Source of the DNA: Lepidodermella squamata
Lineage: Eukaryota > Animalia > Gastrotricha
Assembly: GCA_047495785.1 (NCBI GenBank)
Contig: JBLDXI010000029.1
Span: forward strand, 2,666,001-2,730,000
Direction: 5' to 3'
DNA: 64,000 nucleotides
A program made the translations under genes and the position numbers. The notes beneath the pieces are model-generated. The model was not told the origin of the DNA, ran no database searches, and worked only from the letters and a program-made list of their open reading frames with translations. Shown here in pieces: positions 1 to 12,519 of this stretch; positions within the stretch are counted from its first letter, which is position 1; the number at the start of each line of letters is the position of its first letter.

Positions 1-287
1 CCATCAAATCTAGCAATTGAAATCCTGAATTTAAGCAATTTAAGATCGCCTAATGTACCCCTCGAATATTTCATTGTCTTCTTCACTTGCATTTTTCACC
101 ACTTTGCAGCCTCCAGCCTACGTCGCGCCGGACTAGGTAATTAAGAAGTGAAAAAATTGAGTAAAAAACTTGAAACTTGAACATTATGTTGAACGTTATG
201 TGCTCAAGCACCTCATTTGCTCATAAATGAGATATTGTTCCTGTCACTAGCCTCGCAAGTGTTGTTCATTGTTGTTCATTGTTGTCT

Positions 288-330
288 AGGCCCTGAAGAT
301 GGTTTAAATAAAACCGAAACTAGTTGGCAG
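288..330 (+). ncRNA. Minimal type I hammerhead ribozyme (Penelope-like element type)
   Basis: The sequence reads GCC-CTGAAGA-T-GGTTT-AAATA-AAACC-GAAAC-TA-GTT-GGC. It has the CUGANGA and GAAA core boxes, a 5-bp stem II (GGTTT/AAACC), a palindromic mini stem III (ACTAGT) and stem I (GCC/GGC). Confidence 0.75.
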
Positions 331-544
331 TCGCGCAAGGCGTCCGGTTAATTCAATCAGAAAGCACCTCATAGGCATAATTTCTTCAAACGAAGGAAAA
401 TGGCATTAGCTGCCACGCTATAAGAAATATTTCTTATAGGCTGTATAGCTTTCAGGTGGGTTAAGTTTACTCAAATGTGGATGTATAAGATGTTTTATTT
501 ACACATCTGCTCAAATCATATTTTGATAAATAATTACACTATTC

Positions 545-1371
545 TGAAATCGGCTCTGCTCCCTGTAATTATCGCCACTATTTCTTGGGCTACCTAACTG
601 ATGGATGCGTCTCTACTGCTTCAGAAACCAATGGAGGCCCTAAGTTTGTACCGTTCACAAATCCACCAGCCACACCACCTAGCTAATGATACACTGATAC
701 ACTGATTTATTGTTGCAATTTGTCTCGCGACGTTTAGCAATTAAAAAGGGTCGAGGCGCCTCACCACCGATATAGTATATTGTTCTAGTTCACAGGCAAT
801 GTTTTTAGTATATTTTACAAAATTAAAATGAGAGCTATTTACAACCTCAGAGGGTATAGAATTCCACGCCGCTCGCACACGTCGCACAAATGAATATTGA
901 TAGTTCATTTTTCTGAACTTCTCCATCACAACCGCATGATTTGGCAATCGACCGTTTTTCGATATAGTGAAGAAACGAGAAAATTGTTCATCCACCATAT
1001 TCAGATAAAGCTTATGGCAGAGAGCTAGATCGTGCAGAAAACAGAAAACGACGCATCTCTAAGGATAACATTCCTAATTTCCGAAGTCTTTCTTCATATG
1101 AGGCACCTTCAATTGTCGAGTAGTATGAGCTGCGATATAATAATCTTTTTGTGAAACGGGCTTGTACAGATTCTAATGCCTGAATATCCTTGAGCAGATA
1201 TGGAGAGTACACAGAAGGGCAGTAGTCGAGTCTTGACATTGTGTAGGTCTTATAAGCCTTGAGTGCCTTGAGCTAGAATGAGTGCCCACCGCAAATATTT
1301 GGGACGTTTCGATAACAATCTGTGTGCCAAGTAGTGATCCATGCCCGACGAGCCAGACTTGCCTAACCACA
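545..1371 (+). pseudogene. Disrupted exon 1 of a sixth copy of the Cys-rich secreted family, split by a CR1 insertion
   Basis: 600-680 encodes DGCVSTASETNGGPKFVPFTNPPATP. 1276-1371 resumes with E*VPTANIWDVSITICVPSSDPCPTSQTC followed by a GTAAG donor, matching the copies at 4370 and 8184. There is an in-frame TGA and no downstream exons were found. Confidence 0.85.
686..1270 (-). mobile_element. 5'-truncated CR1/L2-group non-LTR retrotransposon, 3' end
   Basis: ORF2 C-terminal motifs LDYC..VYSP, LESVQARFTK, YEERL..L...SLE.RR and RV..WN..P.EVV are split over two frames. AATAAA is followed by a (CAGTGTAT)n tail at 686-710. AGCTA target-site duplication at 681-685 and 1271-1275. Confidence 0.9.
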
Positions 1372-2388
1372 GTAAGCCTCGGTTTTTTACCCGTGTTTAC
1401 TGCATACGTGACATCGTGTAAGTTGTAAGTTGTTGCAGTTTCGCTAAAATTGAAAGGTTTACGCTCTGGCGCTATATTGCTTTGGCAAATATTTTGGCAA
1501 ATATGAGTGGTGGAATCGTCATTTATATTTCTTGTAAAATCTCGTCCATTAACTGAGCGGAACTGAGCGAATGAACGTGGACAGATAACTCTTTTTCCAA
1601 CCAGATGTATGTAGAAAGCGCCTAATTTTGAAGCTAAATAAAGTCGAACCGTGGTTTTTAACTTTGCTATATGAGCCAAGCATACCACCAGGAAAAATCA
1701 CAAAAGCTGGCCTTCTGTGTTGTATTTCGAAAGATTTATAGAGATGATTGAGTGCTGACTCGCCAGAGTGTTGCTTCAAAGGGCAGGAGATTATGTAACT
1801 CGTTTTCCCGGAGTAATGAACTCAGCTGCGGACTTGCGAGAGAGCAATAGAAATCGATCGACGGAAGGCTGCAGGGAACGAATACACAGTGACAATGAAA
1901 TCCTCGAACTGACAAGTGAGTCTGCAACACTCTATTATCTCTATGGTCTGCAAGAAAACCTTTCGAGAGAACATCTACGATGGCGTAGTTGTGAGTTCGG
2001 GTTCGTGGCGCGTTTTGTGTGTTAGGCCGGCGTGCAAACGATTCATACAATCTAGCTAGCAATTGCATTTCCAACTCGCGTGTTTAACCGTATCAGTAAC
2101 GGCATCAACAGCAGAATATTCTCTATAGTAGTCGTTAAACGATCGTCGCGAGGGAGATCGCGAGGAGCCAAGCTGGAGGCTTTTCACTGATATTCGCAAC
2201 AGAAATATTATTCAAACACTGCCGTCGTTAATATCTGTTGCATGTAACCTTCAACAAATAATTGCTGTAAAAAATCCTTTTGTAGTGCACTTCTTAAAAA
2301 GTAACATCACCTAAGAGATTAAACACGTTCAGAGGTTTTCATTTTACTAATTCAAAACTTCGCCTTTCCTGATTCGAAATTTCAATAA

Positions 2389-3228
2389 ATGAAAGCCGAA
2401 ATTTTAGTCATTCTCGTCACGGTCTTTGCCGTTGTTACTGCCTGTCCAGCGTCATCCAACTCAACCCCATGCCCGGTTAAGACTACAGTTGAAACAGTAG
2501 CGACTTGCCCCAACGGCCAAAGTTGCCTAACGATATCGAATCCTTGCCCGACCAGCCAAAGCTGCTTCAACTCATTCAATCCATGCTCAGACGGCAAAAC
2601 CTGCTCGGTACCACCTGTCTTTACGCTGTGCGAAATCACCGCAACCCAGGGCGATCCTGCAACCGTTTCGAAACCAAATGTCAAGTTCTGCACAGCCAAT
2701 GCAGGATCTTGCACATCAGTGTTGAAAACCGGCACCACTGTAAAGCTATAACCAGCCGTATCTAATGGAAGTTGTTAACTGTGATTGTTACAGATTGCTA
2801 CAGGTGTTACTCCAACGACCTTCTCGACTTTTAGCGAGTGTTGTCAGGCTGCAGCCACGGGCGCGACCCTTAAATACGAATACGTACCAGTCGCATCGGC
2901 CGCACCAGTATCGACTTGCATTGGTGCTGCAAAAGATGCAGCTTACCCAATGACAGGGCTTTCTACTACATCAAAGAACTGTATTCGATTCCCACATACA
3001 GCCGGTCAAAGCACCCATTTCTTAACATCAACTGGGGTAAGAAATTTGTTGATGATTCACGATGCAACTTGATATATATTCAACGATTTTCAGCCAACCA
3101 GGCCTCCGTCCACCTATGAATTCGCATCGTATGCGCAATGCTGCACGGCCGTAGCCTCCTATTCGAATCTTCTTTTCAGTGTGATCCCTGTTTACGGCGT
3201 CTCGTTCGATATTTGCCTCGGTTATTAA
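2389..3228 (+). CDS. Secreted Cys-rich protein, copy A (exons 2389-2739, 2794-3036, 3094-3228)
   Basis: Signal peptide MKAEILVILVTVFAVVTA. GT-AG introns of 54 and 57 nt keep the frame. Motifs FSTFSECC, CIRFPHTA and YAQCC..YG are shared with the other copies. Confidence 0.85.
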
Positions 3229-3791
3229 AATGAACGGAAACGGCTAAAGTTCCGATCTAAGCTTACAACTGCGAGCGCTGAAATCGGTCAGGTTTCGGTT
3301 GATTAAACATTTTGTAATAATTTTTAAATTCCGGGCTTTAAATAAAATAAATTTTAAATTTATTACGATAACCGAAGTAAAGGTGGAATAAAATTCATTT
3401 CTTTTTGCTTCACTATATATCTGCATAAACAAAACATCGACGGTTTTTGCCAGCATGACATTTCTTGGAGTCATGTTGTCAGCTCAGGCAGTGCCCTTAC
3501 TGCAACTCGGCGTTGCCTGGCTCGCGCATTAGCCTGTGTTCCGACAAAACTCATCTTTTGTGTTTTTCAACCGGATCAGCCACAGGCATCTCACTACGTC
3601 GATAGCTCAATTAAAAGTATGCAAAATAATAATAGTGATACCTTACACTGTGAGGAAAATTTCTCTGGCGCAGTTTGAACAATCGCCGAGTTCATTTGCG
3701 TGCAACGACGGCATGGTTGGCTATCAGGCAACAACGTGTTTGACGACACGTTAACGTTCTGTCGGATTTAGTTGATTTTATAACTAGACGC

Positions 3792-3999
3792 TGTCAGGGC
3801 TAAGCCTTCCAGAACATTCCATGATTCGCGATTCGCGAACATCCTCCCATGTTCCAGATTTATCCATAGAAGTTTGTAAAGAGGACCTTTTGCTTTCTGT
3901 TAGCTTTATATCGTATTATTGTACAGAAGTTACTTGCTCATGTTCTAATAAAAGCAATACCTAGCAAGCAGCTTCTCGTTTTTTTTCTCGGTCCTAACA
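3792..3999 (+). mobile_element. Solo LTR (208 bp)
   Basis: Termini TGTCAGG...CCTAACA (TG..CA, short inverted ends), internal AATAAA, and a perfect 5-bp TSD GACGC at 3787-3791 and 4000-4004. Confidence 0.8.
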
Positions 4000-4369
4000 G
4001 ACGCCCGTCGTGCTACTAGAGCTTGGCAAGCTCACTATCAAACAGTTATCGACTCTTGGGGGCACAATTTCGCCTCATCCCTTACACTCGAAATGCCATA
4101 TTTCAAGTGTTTCCAAGCTGCCTGTCCTTGGGCGGTGACATGGCAGCTTACATCAGGTATACATATAATCAGCTAATAAGCCTGTGTTCGTGATGGTCAT
4201 CATATATTGACATGAATAAAGAAAATGGCAGTGTAGTGTTCACATTAGGTTATGTTATGTTGAGATATTCATTACTCAGCTATCAGTTGTGCTAGTCATG
4301 CTCGCATTTCGCTGTTATGAGATGACTTACTTACATAGCTGCAAAAACTGTAATTCGAGAAATAATTTC

Positions 4370-5768
4370 ATGATTGTGAAATCCTCTCTGCTCCCTAGTT
4401 TGATGAATAGCTTGGAATCTTTCTTGATTTACTTCATTTGCTCATCGTCACTATATCTTGGACTAGATGATGCGTGCTCTCCGACCGCTTCAGATACCAA
4501 TGGAGGCCCGAAATTTGTCCCGTTCACAAATCCGCCTGTGACACCAGCGTGTCAATGCGTGCCAACGGCAAATATTTGCGACGTTTCGACAAAAAGCTGT
4601 GTGCCGAGTAGCAATCCATGCCCGACAAGTCAGACTTGCCAACGCGAGGTTAATATTTTATATTAATATTTAAATAGCGACCGGGTCTTATTTCTCGAAT
4701 TTTGCTGCGTGATTCAAGGAAAATAGATTCTCGTTAGGTTTCTTGGATTTCGAGAGGGATGTGTGATTTAAAGCAATTGTCATTTCGGGATTGGTTTCCA
4801 AATCATCCCCCAGCTCGGCCAGGCCAAACTACAAAAAGCGAATTTATCTCACTGTTTTGTCAATTTTGAGAGGTTTTGATCGCGTTTAGGTGGAAAATCT
4901 TCAACATTTTCGACATTCGCTGTTAATCACTAGTTAATCACTAGTCAAATCACTAGCGATTTTGGCAAATGCAGCAAACAAATTCGTTCCATCCCTGGCA
5001 GCTCCGGGATCCAAGATCGCACCCTGATTCCATTTACTCATCTCCACCGGTCTTCGACTCGTTCAAGTTATTGAAAAAATAATGATCTTAATTTCGTAAT
5101 CGTTTATTTCCCTCCTATTCTCTCCCAGGCTGCTTACCAATTGTGCTCCTTGCAAACCAATGGGATTGGTACTGGTTTAGCTCAACCTGTCAAGTTCTGC
5201 CACAACGTCGCCGGAGCGTCGTGTACCGCTTATCTAACAGCAACACCTCCTGCAATGGTAATTATTTCATTAGCTCACCCAAACACGATGTAATCTATCT
5301 AAATCGACCCAGCCTTCTGTCGACGCGACAAACAGCTTCAGCACATTTGCTCAATGCTGCGCAGCCACACACCCTACGGTAGCCAACATTAAATACGAAG
5401 TCCTCCCGCAGCCGAGCGGTGCGCCCGGCATATTGACCTGCATCGGAGCTAATGACGCGACTCCATACAAGATGACAGGCGCTACTGCGACTGCACAGTC
5501 TGGCTCTTGCGTTCGTTTCCCTCATACAGCTTTAGCTGCTGGCGATGTCGTACTAAGTGGCGGAGTGGTTAGCATGCGATTAATCTCTCATGAATTTTGC
5601 GATAATTTACTCATTTTACAGATTACCTCCCCAACGGGTCAATATAACCATGCTACATTCTCGGCTTGCTGTTACTATCTCGCCAGCGCCCCAGGCCCAA
5701 AAGTGGCTCCCACCACAGCTGTGATTTATGGTCTGGCGATCGAAACGTGTTTTTGCACCCAGTCGTAA
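4370..5768 (+). CDS. Secreted Cys-rich protein, copy B (exons ~4370-4648, 5129-5257, 5313-5567, 5622-5768)
   Basis: Phase-0 GT-AG introns join DACSPTASDTNGGPKF.., LCSL..VKFC, FSTFAQCC..CVRFPHTA and TFSACC..IYGL..ETC. The start codon is uncertain. Confidence 0.8.
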
Positions 5769-6562
5769 AAAAACATATGTTGATTCTTTTGAAAAAAGTC
5801 ACAATTACTGAAATTTGAATATTGGAAGAAGAAGAAAGGATAGAGCGCAGTGCGTTATGGCGCTTGTCTGAGACAGCTCGCCCCTCAGGACTAGAAAATA
5901 CTGATCTATCGCAAATTCATCGGATTTATTCATCATTCACAGCAGGCGCAGAAGAGGGAAGGCTAGTTCGGAAGTTGTGATCGGAGGTCAAGGAGACAGA
6001 ATGAAATTGTTGGACTGGGAGCGGGAAGTGGGACTTCCAGCATACGCTCATTAGGGGAGAAAGACTGGTGATTTCGCAAGCTTCAGAACAGTGAGCTCCA
6101 ACTCGATAGTCAAGATGAACATTCAGAAAAGAGGGATGAAACCCTATGCTTAATGCTTAGGAAAATTACGCAACAAGTTGCAACAATTGCTTTCGAATTG
6201 CTTGGCATTTCTTCTTTACTGTTTCTTGCGGTAATTATTTCTTCACTGACGAAGGGTCAGCCTGAAATCGTGCCTAAAGAGACGCATCGAAAACCTAGCT
6301 TACGAACTGTGAATCAATGCCGCGAGCGCTGTTTCAGCGGTGGGAGCCGCACGGTCTCACTAGGCAGTAGGAAAATAGCCTTTGAAATCTTCATTTTAAA
6401 ACAACATCCGTTTTTGCTAAGGAGCGGATTTTCATTTTAACGTCGACGCCCACGTTAATACAAAAAAGTTTCGTGTGTGCCATGCCACTTAATGACGGTA
6501 TAGCAGCATATGACATGGCTTTCTTTTACAGCTGCACAACAAATAAATTTAGAAATTATTCT

Positions 6563-7734
6563 ATGGTTTCGCTTTGGAGAGAAATCCCAACTTTCATCCG
6601 GATTCCTTTGAGCCATGACCTAAATTCTAAAATAATCTATTACATTTGCGTCTCATCAACGTTTCTTGGATTTACTGATGCCTGTGTCCCGCCCACGCCA
6701 GCAACTGCCTCAGGCCCAATATTCGTCCCGTTCACAAGCCCGCCAACATTAGGCTGCCCAGTCGGTCAATCATGCACATCGCAACCGAATATTTGCGACT
6801 CATCGGCAAAAAGCTGTGTACCAAGTAGCAACCTGTGCTCAGACTCTTCGAAAAGCTGTTTAACAACAGCCAATCCATGCCCCTCAAGTCAGACTTGCCA
6901 AAGCGCGGTAAGTAAATTCGCTGACTTTCTTTCTCAATGGCCCAAAAAAGATTGGTAGGGTTTTTCTCTTCTAAATTCGGAATATAGGACTATGTAGTTG
7001 GCCATAAAAGCCGACGAATGAATGAGGCGTTGCTATTCGTGCCTTTCGTGGTATTAGATTGGGATTATTTTTTAATACTTGAATAATCTAATTGTTACTC
7101 GTTTTTTTCTCAGCCCGTTTACAGCTTATGCCAAATAACGACGATTGGCGGCAGTGGCGTAAGTAAGCCGGGTGTAAAATTCTGTTTAGATAACGGCGGA
7201 GCGTGTAACATGTTGACGGGCGCAACCGTAAGACCATCAGGACAAAACTGTCCCTTAGATTTATGCAACTTGTCGTCTTAGGAAATGCCCACGATGCCTA
7301 ACAAATTTTCATCGTTCTCGGCTTGCTGCACAGCGGCTGCGTCATTTTCGACACCAAGTGCCGCCTGGTACGAAAAAGTAGCATTCGCTACGCCATCGAA
7401 CACATATGCAATAGCCTGTATTGCGTCGGTCAATGGAGCACCTTACTTTGTTACGAAATCGTCTGCGTCTCCTACCACCGCTAACTGCGTGAGCTTCCCG
7501 CACTCTGCTGAAACTGGCACTGATGCTCTCATCACCAGTACTTTGGTATGAGTTTGCTTCGAATCGATTAAGTATCCACCTAAATAGGTAACCAACCCAC
7601 CGGACACATATCAGTATTCAACCTTCGCCGCTTGCTGCCAGGGCATCGGTGCCGCTCCTGGAGCTGCGATTGCGCCGTCAACTGTCAGACTTTACGGGCT
7701 CATTCTTGAGAAATGCTCTGTGCCTAGTGTTTGA
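6563..7734 (+). CDS. Secreted Cys-rich protein, copy C (exons ~6563-6907, 7114-7227, 7282-7545, 7588-7734)
   Basis: Same exon structure and motifs as the other copies. It carries extra N(I/L)C.DSSKSC repeat units in exon 1. The start codon is uncertain. Confidence 0.8.
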
Positions 7735-8183
7735 GTTGAAAGCGGCATTCCGTCGGCTAGCGCTCATATATTTATGTGATCAAATTTTTGATATGCTTTC
7801 ACTCTGATTTACCTTGTAGAATGCGGCTTATCTCATGCCGAATCGAATGAGCCATCACATGCAGTTTGAGGCCTGTAAAGAAAATAGCGTAGAAAATGTA
7901 TCACTATGTACTGATTTTGGAGGGTTAATGACTTTAATCAAGTTTTCTACGTAACTGATAGTAGGAATATTGAAAAATATAATGATGAATAAAACTCTTA
8001 TTATAAAAAAATGAGCTGTTAATTGGTCATTTCGTTGAAGACACTTTTCCGGGCTGCTCAAGCGCCTGGCAGTAGTCTTTTCTATAATCAAGTAGAATGT
8101 ATGTAGTGGTCACGTTAAAACAGCTAAATTGAAGCTTTCAGGTGTGCTAGTTAATCATTATACTCGCATTTGACTGTTTTGAG

Positions 8184-9396
8184 ATGGCTATTTTAAATGA
8201 AGGCGTGAAATCTACACTGATTTATTTAATGTTTTCAGCATCAATATTCCTTGGATTGGCTGATGCGTGTGTTTCGACCGCTTCAGAAACCAATGGAGGC
8301 GCTAAATTCGTACCGTTCACCAATCCGCCTGTAACGCCAACTTGCCAATGCGTGTCGTTAGAAAATACATGCGACGTTTCGACGAAAAGCTGTGTACTTA
8401 GTAGCAATCCTTGCCCAACAAATCAGACGTGTCAAAGTTCGGTAAGTATTTTTACTGCAGTTTTTGCCGTTGCTCAGATTTATTGAGTGCCTTGGGGAAA
8501 ACAGACAAAGAGTTCAGGGCTGCGTTTTATACTCACATAAAACGCTCCCATAAAAGTTCGCAAGTTTTAAATTGCGATAATCAGTTATAAATAATAGAAT
8601 CTCGAATACTTACAGGTAAGCGAGGAACAAGGTTGCTAAAAAGGATGAGTGTGAGTGCATTCATCTTTAAGTTGGTTTTTATAGTTTTGCATGTCCCCTC
8701 CCCCACCCCTCCATTCCGCCTTTGCATTGTTTTATTACCGATTATACCATTTATCACATTACAGCCTGTCTACAATCTATGCCAAATCACCACAATCGGC
8801 GGCTCAGGTGTCACTTCGAATATACATTTTTGCCTGAATAAAGGCGGACCCTGCAGCCAGTTGACCGGCGCAACGGTAATCCACAAGCAATTATTATCTG
8901 ACAATAGCTTTCACAATAGCTGTCTAATTCCAGCCAGCTCCAGTGCCCAACATTTTCTCAACGTTTTCAGCCTGCTGTCAAGCGACAACAAACTCCCCGA
9001 AGTTGATCAAGTTCGAGCATGTCGCATTTGCGACGCCTTCGAACACGTTCGCAACTGCCTGCATTGCAGGTTGGACTGAAACGCCGTACTTTGTGACAGG
9101 AGCCACTGCTTTCAGTCCTGCTTATGACTGCGTGCGTTTCCCCTACACAGCAGCGAGCCCGGTTAATACCGTCGCTTTTACTATTCTAGTAAGACGCTTA
9201 CGAAGCTGTTTCAACATCGTCAATTTCAAATTGTACTTTGCAGCCGTCTTATCCAACCAAATATAACGGCTATTTAACTTACGCAGCGTGCTGCCGGATA
9301 ATTGGTTCTGTTTCACGCTCAGAAATCGCGCCGTCGACAGTTTCACTTTATGGACTAATCGTAGAGAGATGCTCCGGGCAGAACTGGTTGCTATAA
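8184..9396 (+). CDS. Secreted Cys-rich protein, copy D (exons 8184-8441, 8765-8875, 8934-9188, 9244-9396)
   Basis: Hydrophobic leader ending LGLADAC. The four-exon model stays open to TAA at 9394-9396. Confidence 0.85.
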
Positions 9397-9956
9397 TTGT
9401 TGTTTGTTATCATCGTCTTTCGCTATTACGCAATTTTGATTTTGCTACAACCTGTACCAGCGTGAAGTTTGAGCCGAAAATACAGCTATCTACGCTTTTC
9501 AGACTCAGAAACGTGTTGCAGACTGCAGACAAAGAATGTGTTGTTTTAAAAAACCATGAATGGCAGATCCTCAATGTTCAATTCATTTTCAAACAAGGAA
9601 AAATCACAGCTGAAGTAAAATTAATATAATAATACTCCGAGTTCCTTACACACTGCCATCGCTTTCGCCTAACGAAAATTCAGTCTGAAATTTCCTAGGA
9701 ATAATGTGTAAAGGGGAAAGCAACTTGGTGGAGAATTGAGCTACGTTAATAATTCTGAAAGCGCAATCATTTTTATAGCAAACCTTTTATTCAGCAGTGG
9801 TCACGTTAAAAGATGTTCATTATAGCCGGCCGGTGAGCTTGCTCGCATTTAGTAGTTGTTTTTATCGCGAGAAGCATATAGTTTCTCAGCCTATAAATCG
9901 GTTAATTTCAGCTTTTTAGAAGTAATTATTTACAACTGTTAAGCGTGCATAGAACT

Positions 9957-11032
9957 ATGAAATCTTTGACATCTTTTAATGTTTTGTTGATTCATTGCAT
10001 TTTCACATCACTATTTCTTGACCTGGGCGATGCATGCGTCTCAACCACTTCAGAATCTAATGAAGGGCCAAGGTTTGCTACTCTGGCAGTCACGCCGGCT
10101 TGTCTATGCGTTCCGACGGCCAATATTTGCGACGCTTCGACAAAAAGCTGTGCACCTATTGGTAGTAATCTATGCCCGGCAAGTCAGATTTGCCAACTCT
10201 CGGTAATTTATAAAATGACATTTTTTGCTGTTTCTGGAATAGTCAGATTGATTATGAGCTGGCTTGACTTGAGCTTGTCCTGTTGTTGAGCCGCCAAGGC
10301 TGTTTTCTATTTATGTACCTTAGTTTAAGGCGATACTTGGTTTTATTAATTCCATACCCGCTTTTACTTTATTTCATCTAACGGCTTATTATGTATCGCA
10401 TAAAATAGCCAGTCTACAACCTTTGCCAAATCACCACTATCGGGAGCCCTACCATCGCTCAGACGATCAAGTTTTGTTTGGATAATAGCGGGGACTGTGG
10501 CCTGTTGACCGGCGCAACAGTAAGCACAATCTGATTGCGTTGAGTCGACATGATTTTTTTTAATTCCAGCCAGCTCCGTTGCCCAACATATTCTCAACGT
10601 TTTCAGCCTGCTGTCAAGCGACAACAAACTCTCCAAACTTGATCAAGTACGAACATATTGAATTTTCGTCGCTTTCGTACACGTTCGCAACAGCTTGCTT
10701 CGGTGCCTTGACAGAAACGCCTTACCTTATAACAGGAGAGTCGTCCTTTCCCCAAATTGCTCACTGCGTGAGCATTCCGCATTCGGCATCGCATCCACTT
10801 CATATTGCCGTTAACAGATTGGTAAGATAATTTCGAAAAAAGTGTACAATCTCACTGATTTAGTTGTGTTGAACAGCCTATGCGGCCAATCGCAAATTCT
10901 CACAGCTATCCAACCTTCGCGGCCTGTTGCAAGGCACTCGGTGCCCTCATAATATCACGGCCAGAAACGGCATCGACAGTTTCGCTTTACGGGCTCGTTG
11001 TAGAGGGCTGCATTGCTTATGAAAATACATAA
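9957..11032 (+). CDS. Secreted Cys-rich protein, copy E (exons 9957-10202, 10409-10519, 10570-10821, 10877-11032)
   Basis: Leader MKSLTSFNVLLIHCIFTSLFLDLGDAC. The four-exon model stays open to TAA at 11030-11032. Confidence 0.85.
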
Positions 11033-12519
11033 TGCTGCGCATTTAAACGTGCGTCCTGCCATCGTCTTTCTATTTTGAGAATTTTTGTTTTTGTGATTAA
11101 GGACCGTCATCTGGTGTGTTGTTATTATTTGAATATTTGTTAAAAAATATTTAATATACAAAGTGACGTCGAAAAACTGAGAGGCGCCGACATCTTCAGC
11201 GCCACTTCTCAATTTGAGGCTTTGTCTCATTTTGGAGAGTGGCACAAAGTGGGGATAACCAACGACAAAACATGTATGGTGAATGATTTGAAAAACTCCG
11301 GTTTATGCAGACAAAAATTTCGAAAAATTGCTGCTCTATTCCAATGTTCAAAACGCTAGCTGCCCATCGGTGCCACCTTCAATTTTCAGTTTTCCTGGCC
11401 TAAATCAATTTTAAATTTGTAAGCATTTGTAAGCAACTTCTCCATTATCACAACACAACAACTCCGGAGAAATTAAACGTCCTTTCGTTTGTTTTTTATT
11501 CAAAAAAAAGAATGCCATCACTTCAATATCAATTATTATCATTAAATTAATATAACTCGTTATTCAGTACAGAGAGATGGGAACCACACACATACACAAC
11601 GTCGAATGTCGTCCGTCGCTCCTCAAAATATTCCACAAAAAATTTGCAATCATTTTTCATCATCATAGCCAAATTTTTACGAAATTTATCAATTTCTTGT
11701 GAATAACGCTAGTAAGAATTTTCAATAATTTTATTGAATTTCTCAAAAAATCGAGATGAGAAAAATTCAAATTTTCTAAACTGCTTAAAAATCATTATAC
11801 AATCATTATACCAGCAAGTCGAGGAAAATATTATGAAAAAAGTGAGCCATGATTTGTTGAAATTACCCACGTCGAACTTGCCACAATATTCCGATTTATT
11901 TTCCGATCAGGTCAACAAAAATAGTGCGACATAGAGATAGAGATAGAGTCGAAGTAAAATTACGCGACAAAGAAAAAGGGAACAACCAAATCTAAATTTT
12001 TTGCCGTCTAGTTACAATAAGAAGAAGTGATAAACAATTCTGAAATAATTACGCAGAATTTATTTTTTCGCAATCAACAAAATCATGATTCAATTTTTCT
12101 CGAAAAAAATGACGGGCACATTGCTCCAAAACAAGAAGAAAAGAACGAGAGAGAGAACACGTGCATTTATTTTTTAATATTAATCATTTTATTTATTCGA
12201 TTTTGTTTAACGAGAACAGCGAATTGTGTTGAGCGGCCATCGAGAGAATCTGCATTTCAATGCGGAAGCGAAAAAATCCGCCCTGAAAAAATCATGCAGA
12301 TACTAAATGTTTTTTTCTTCGAATGAAATGAGCCATTTTTTTATGCGAAATATATGCTGACTTCAAAAACGAGAGAATAAGAGAGAAAAAAGGCGCAAAT
12401 AAGGCACTGCCGTATTTTTTGACCCGAAATGTTTCATCATCAGTGCAAAAAATCGTGAGAAAAAAAACGTGTTTTTTTACAATTTATTTCATTTTTTCGA
12501 TGGCACGGCGGCGTAAATA

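Noticed and set aside
1380-2300. ORFs 1173-1688, 1736-2074 and 1768-2025
   Set aside because: No recognisable motifs or consistent splice model; probably decayed repeat or intergenic DNA.
5820-6440. Purine-rich segment and 95-aa ORF between copies B and C
   Set aside because: No termini, TSD or protein motif I can support.
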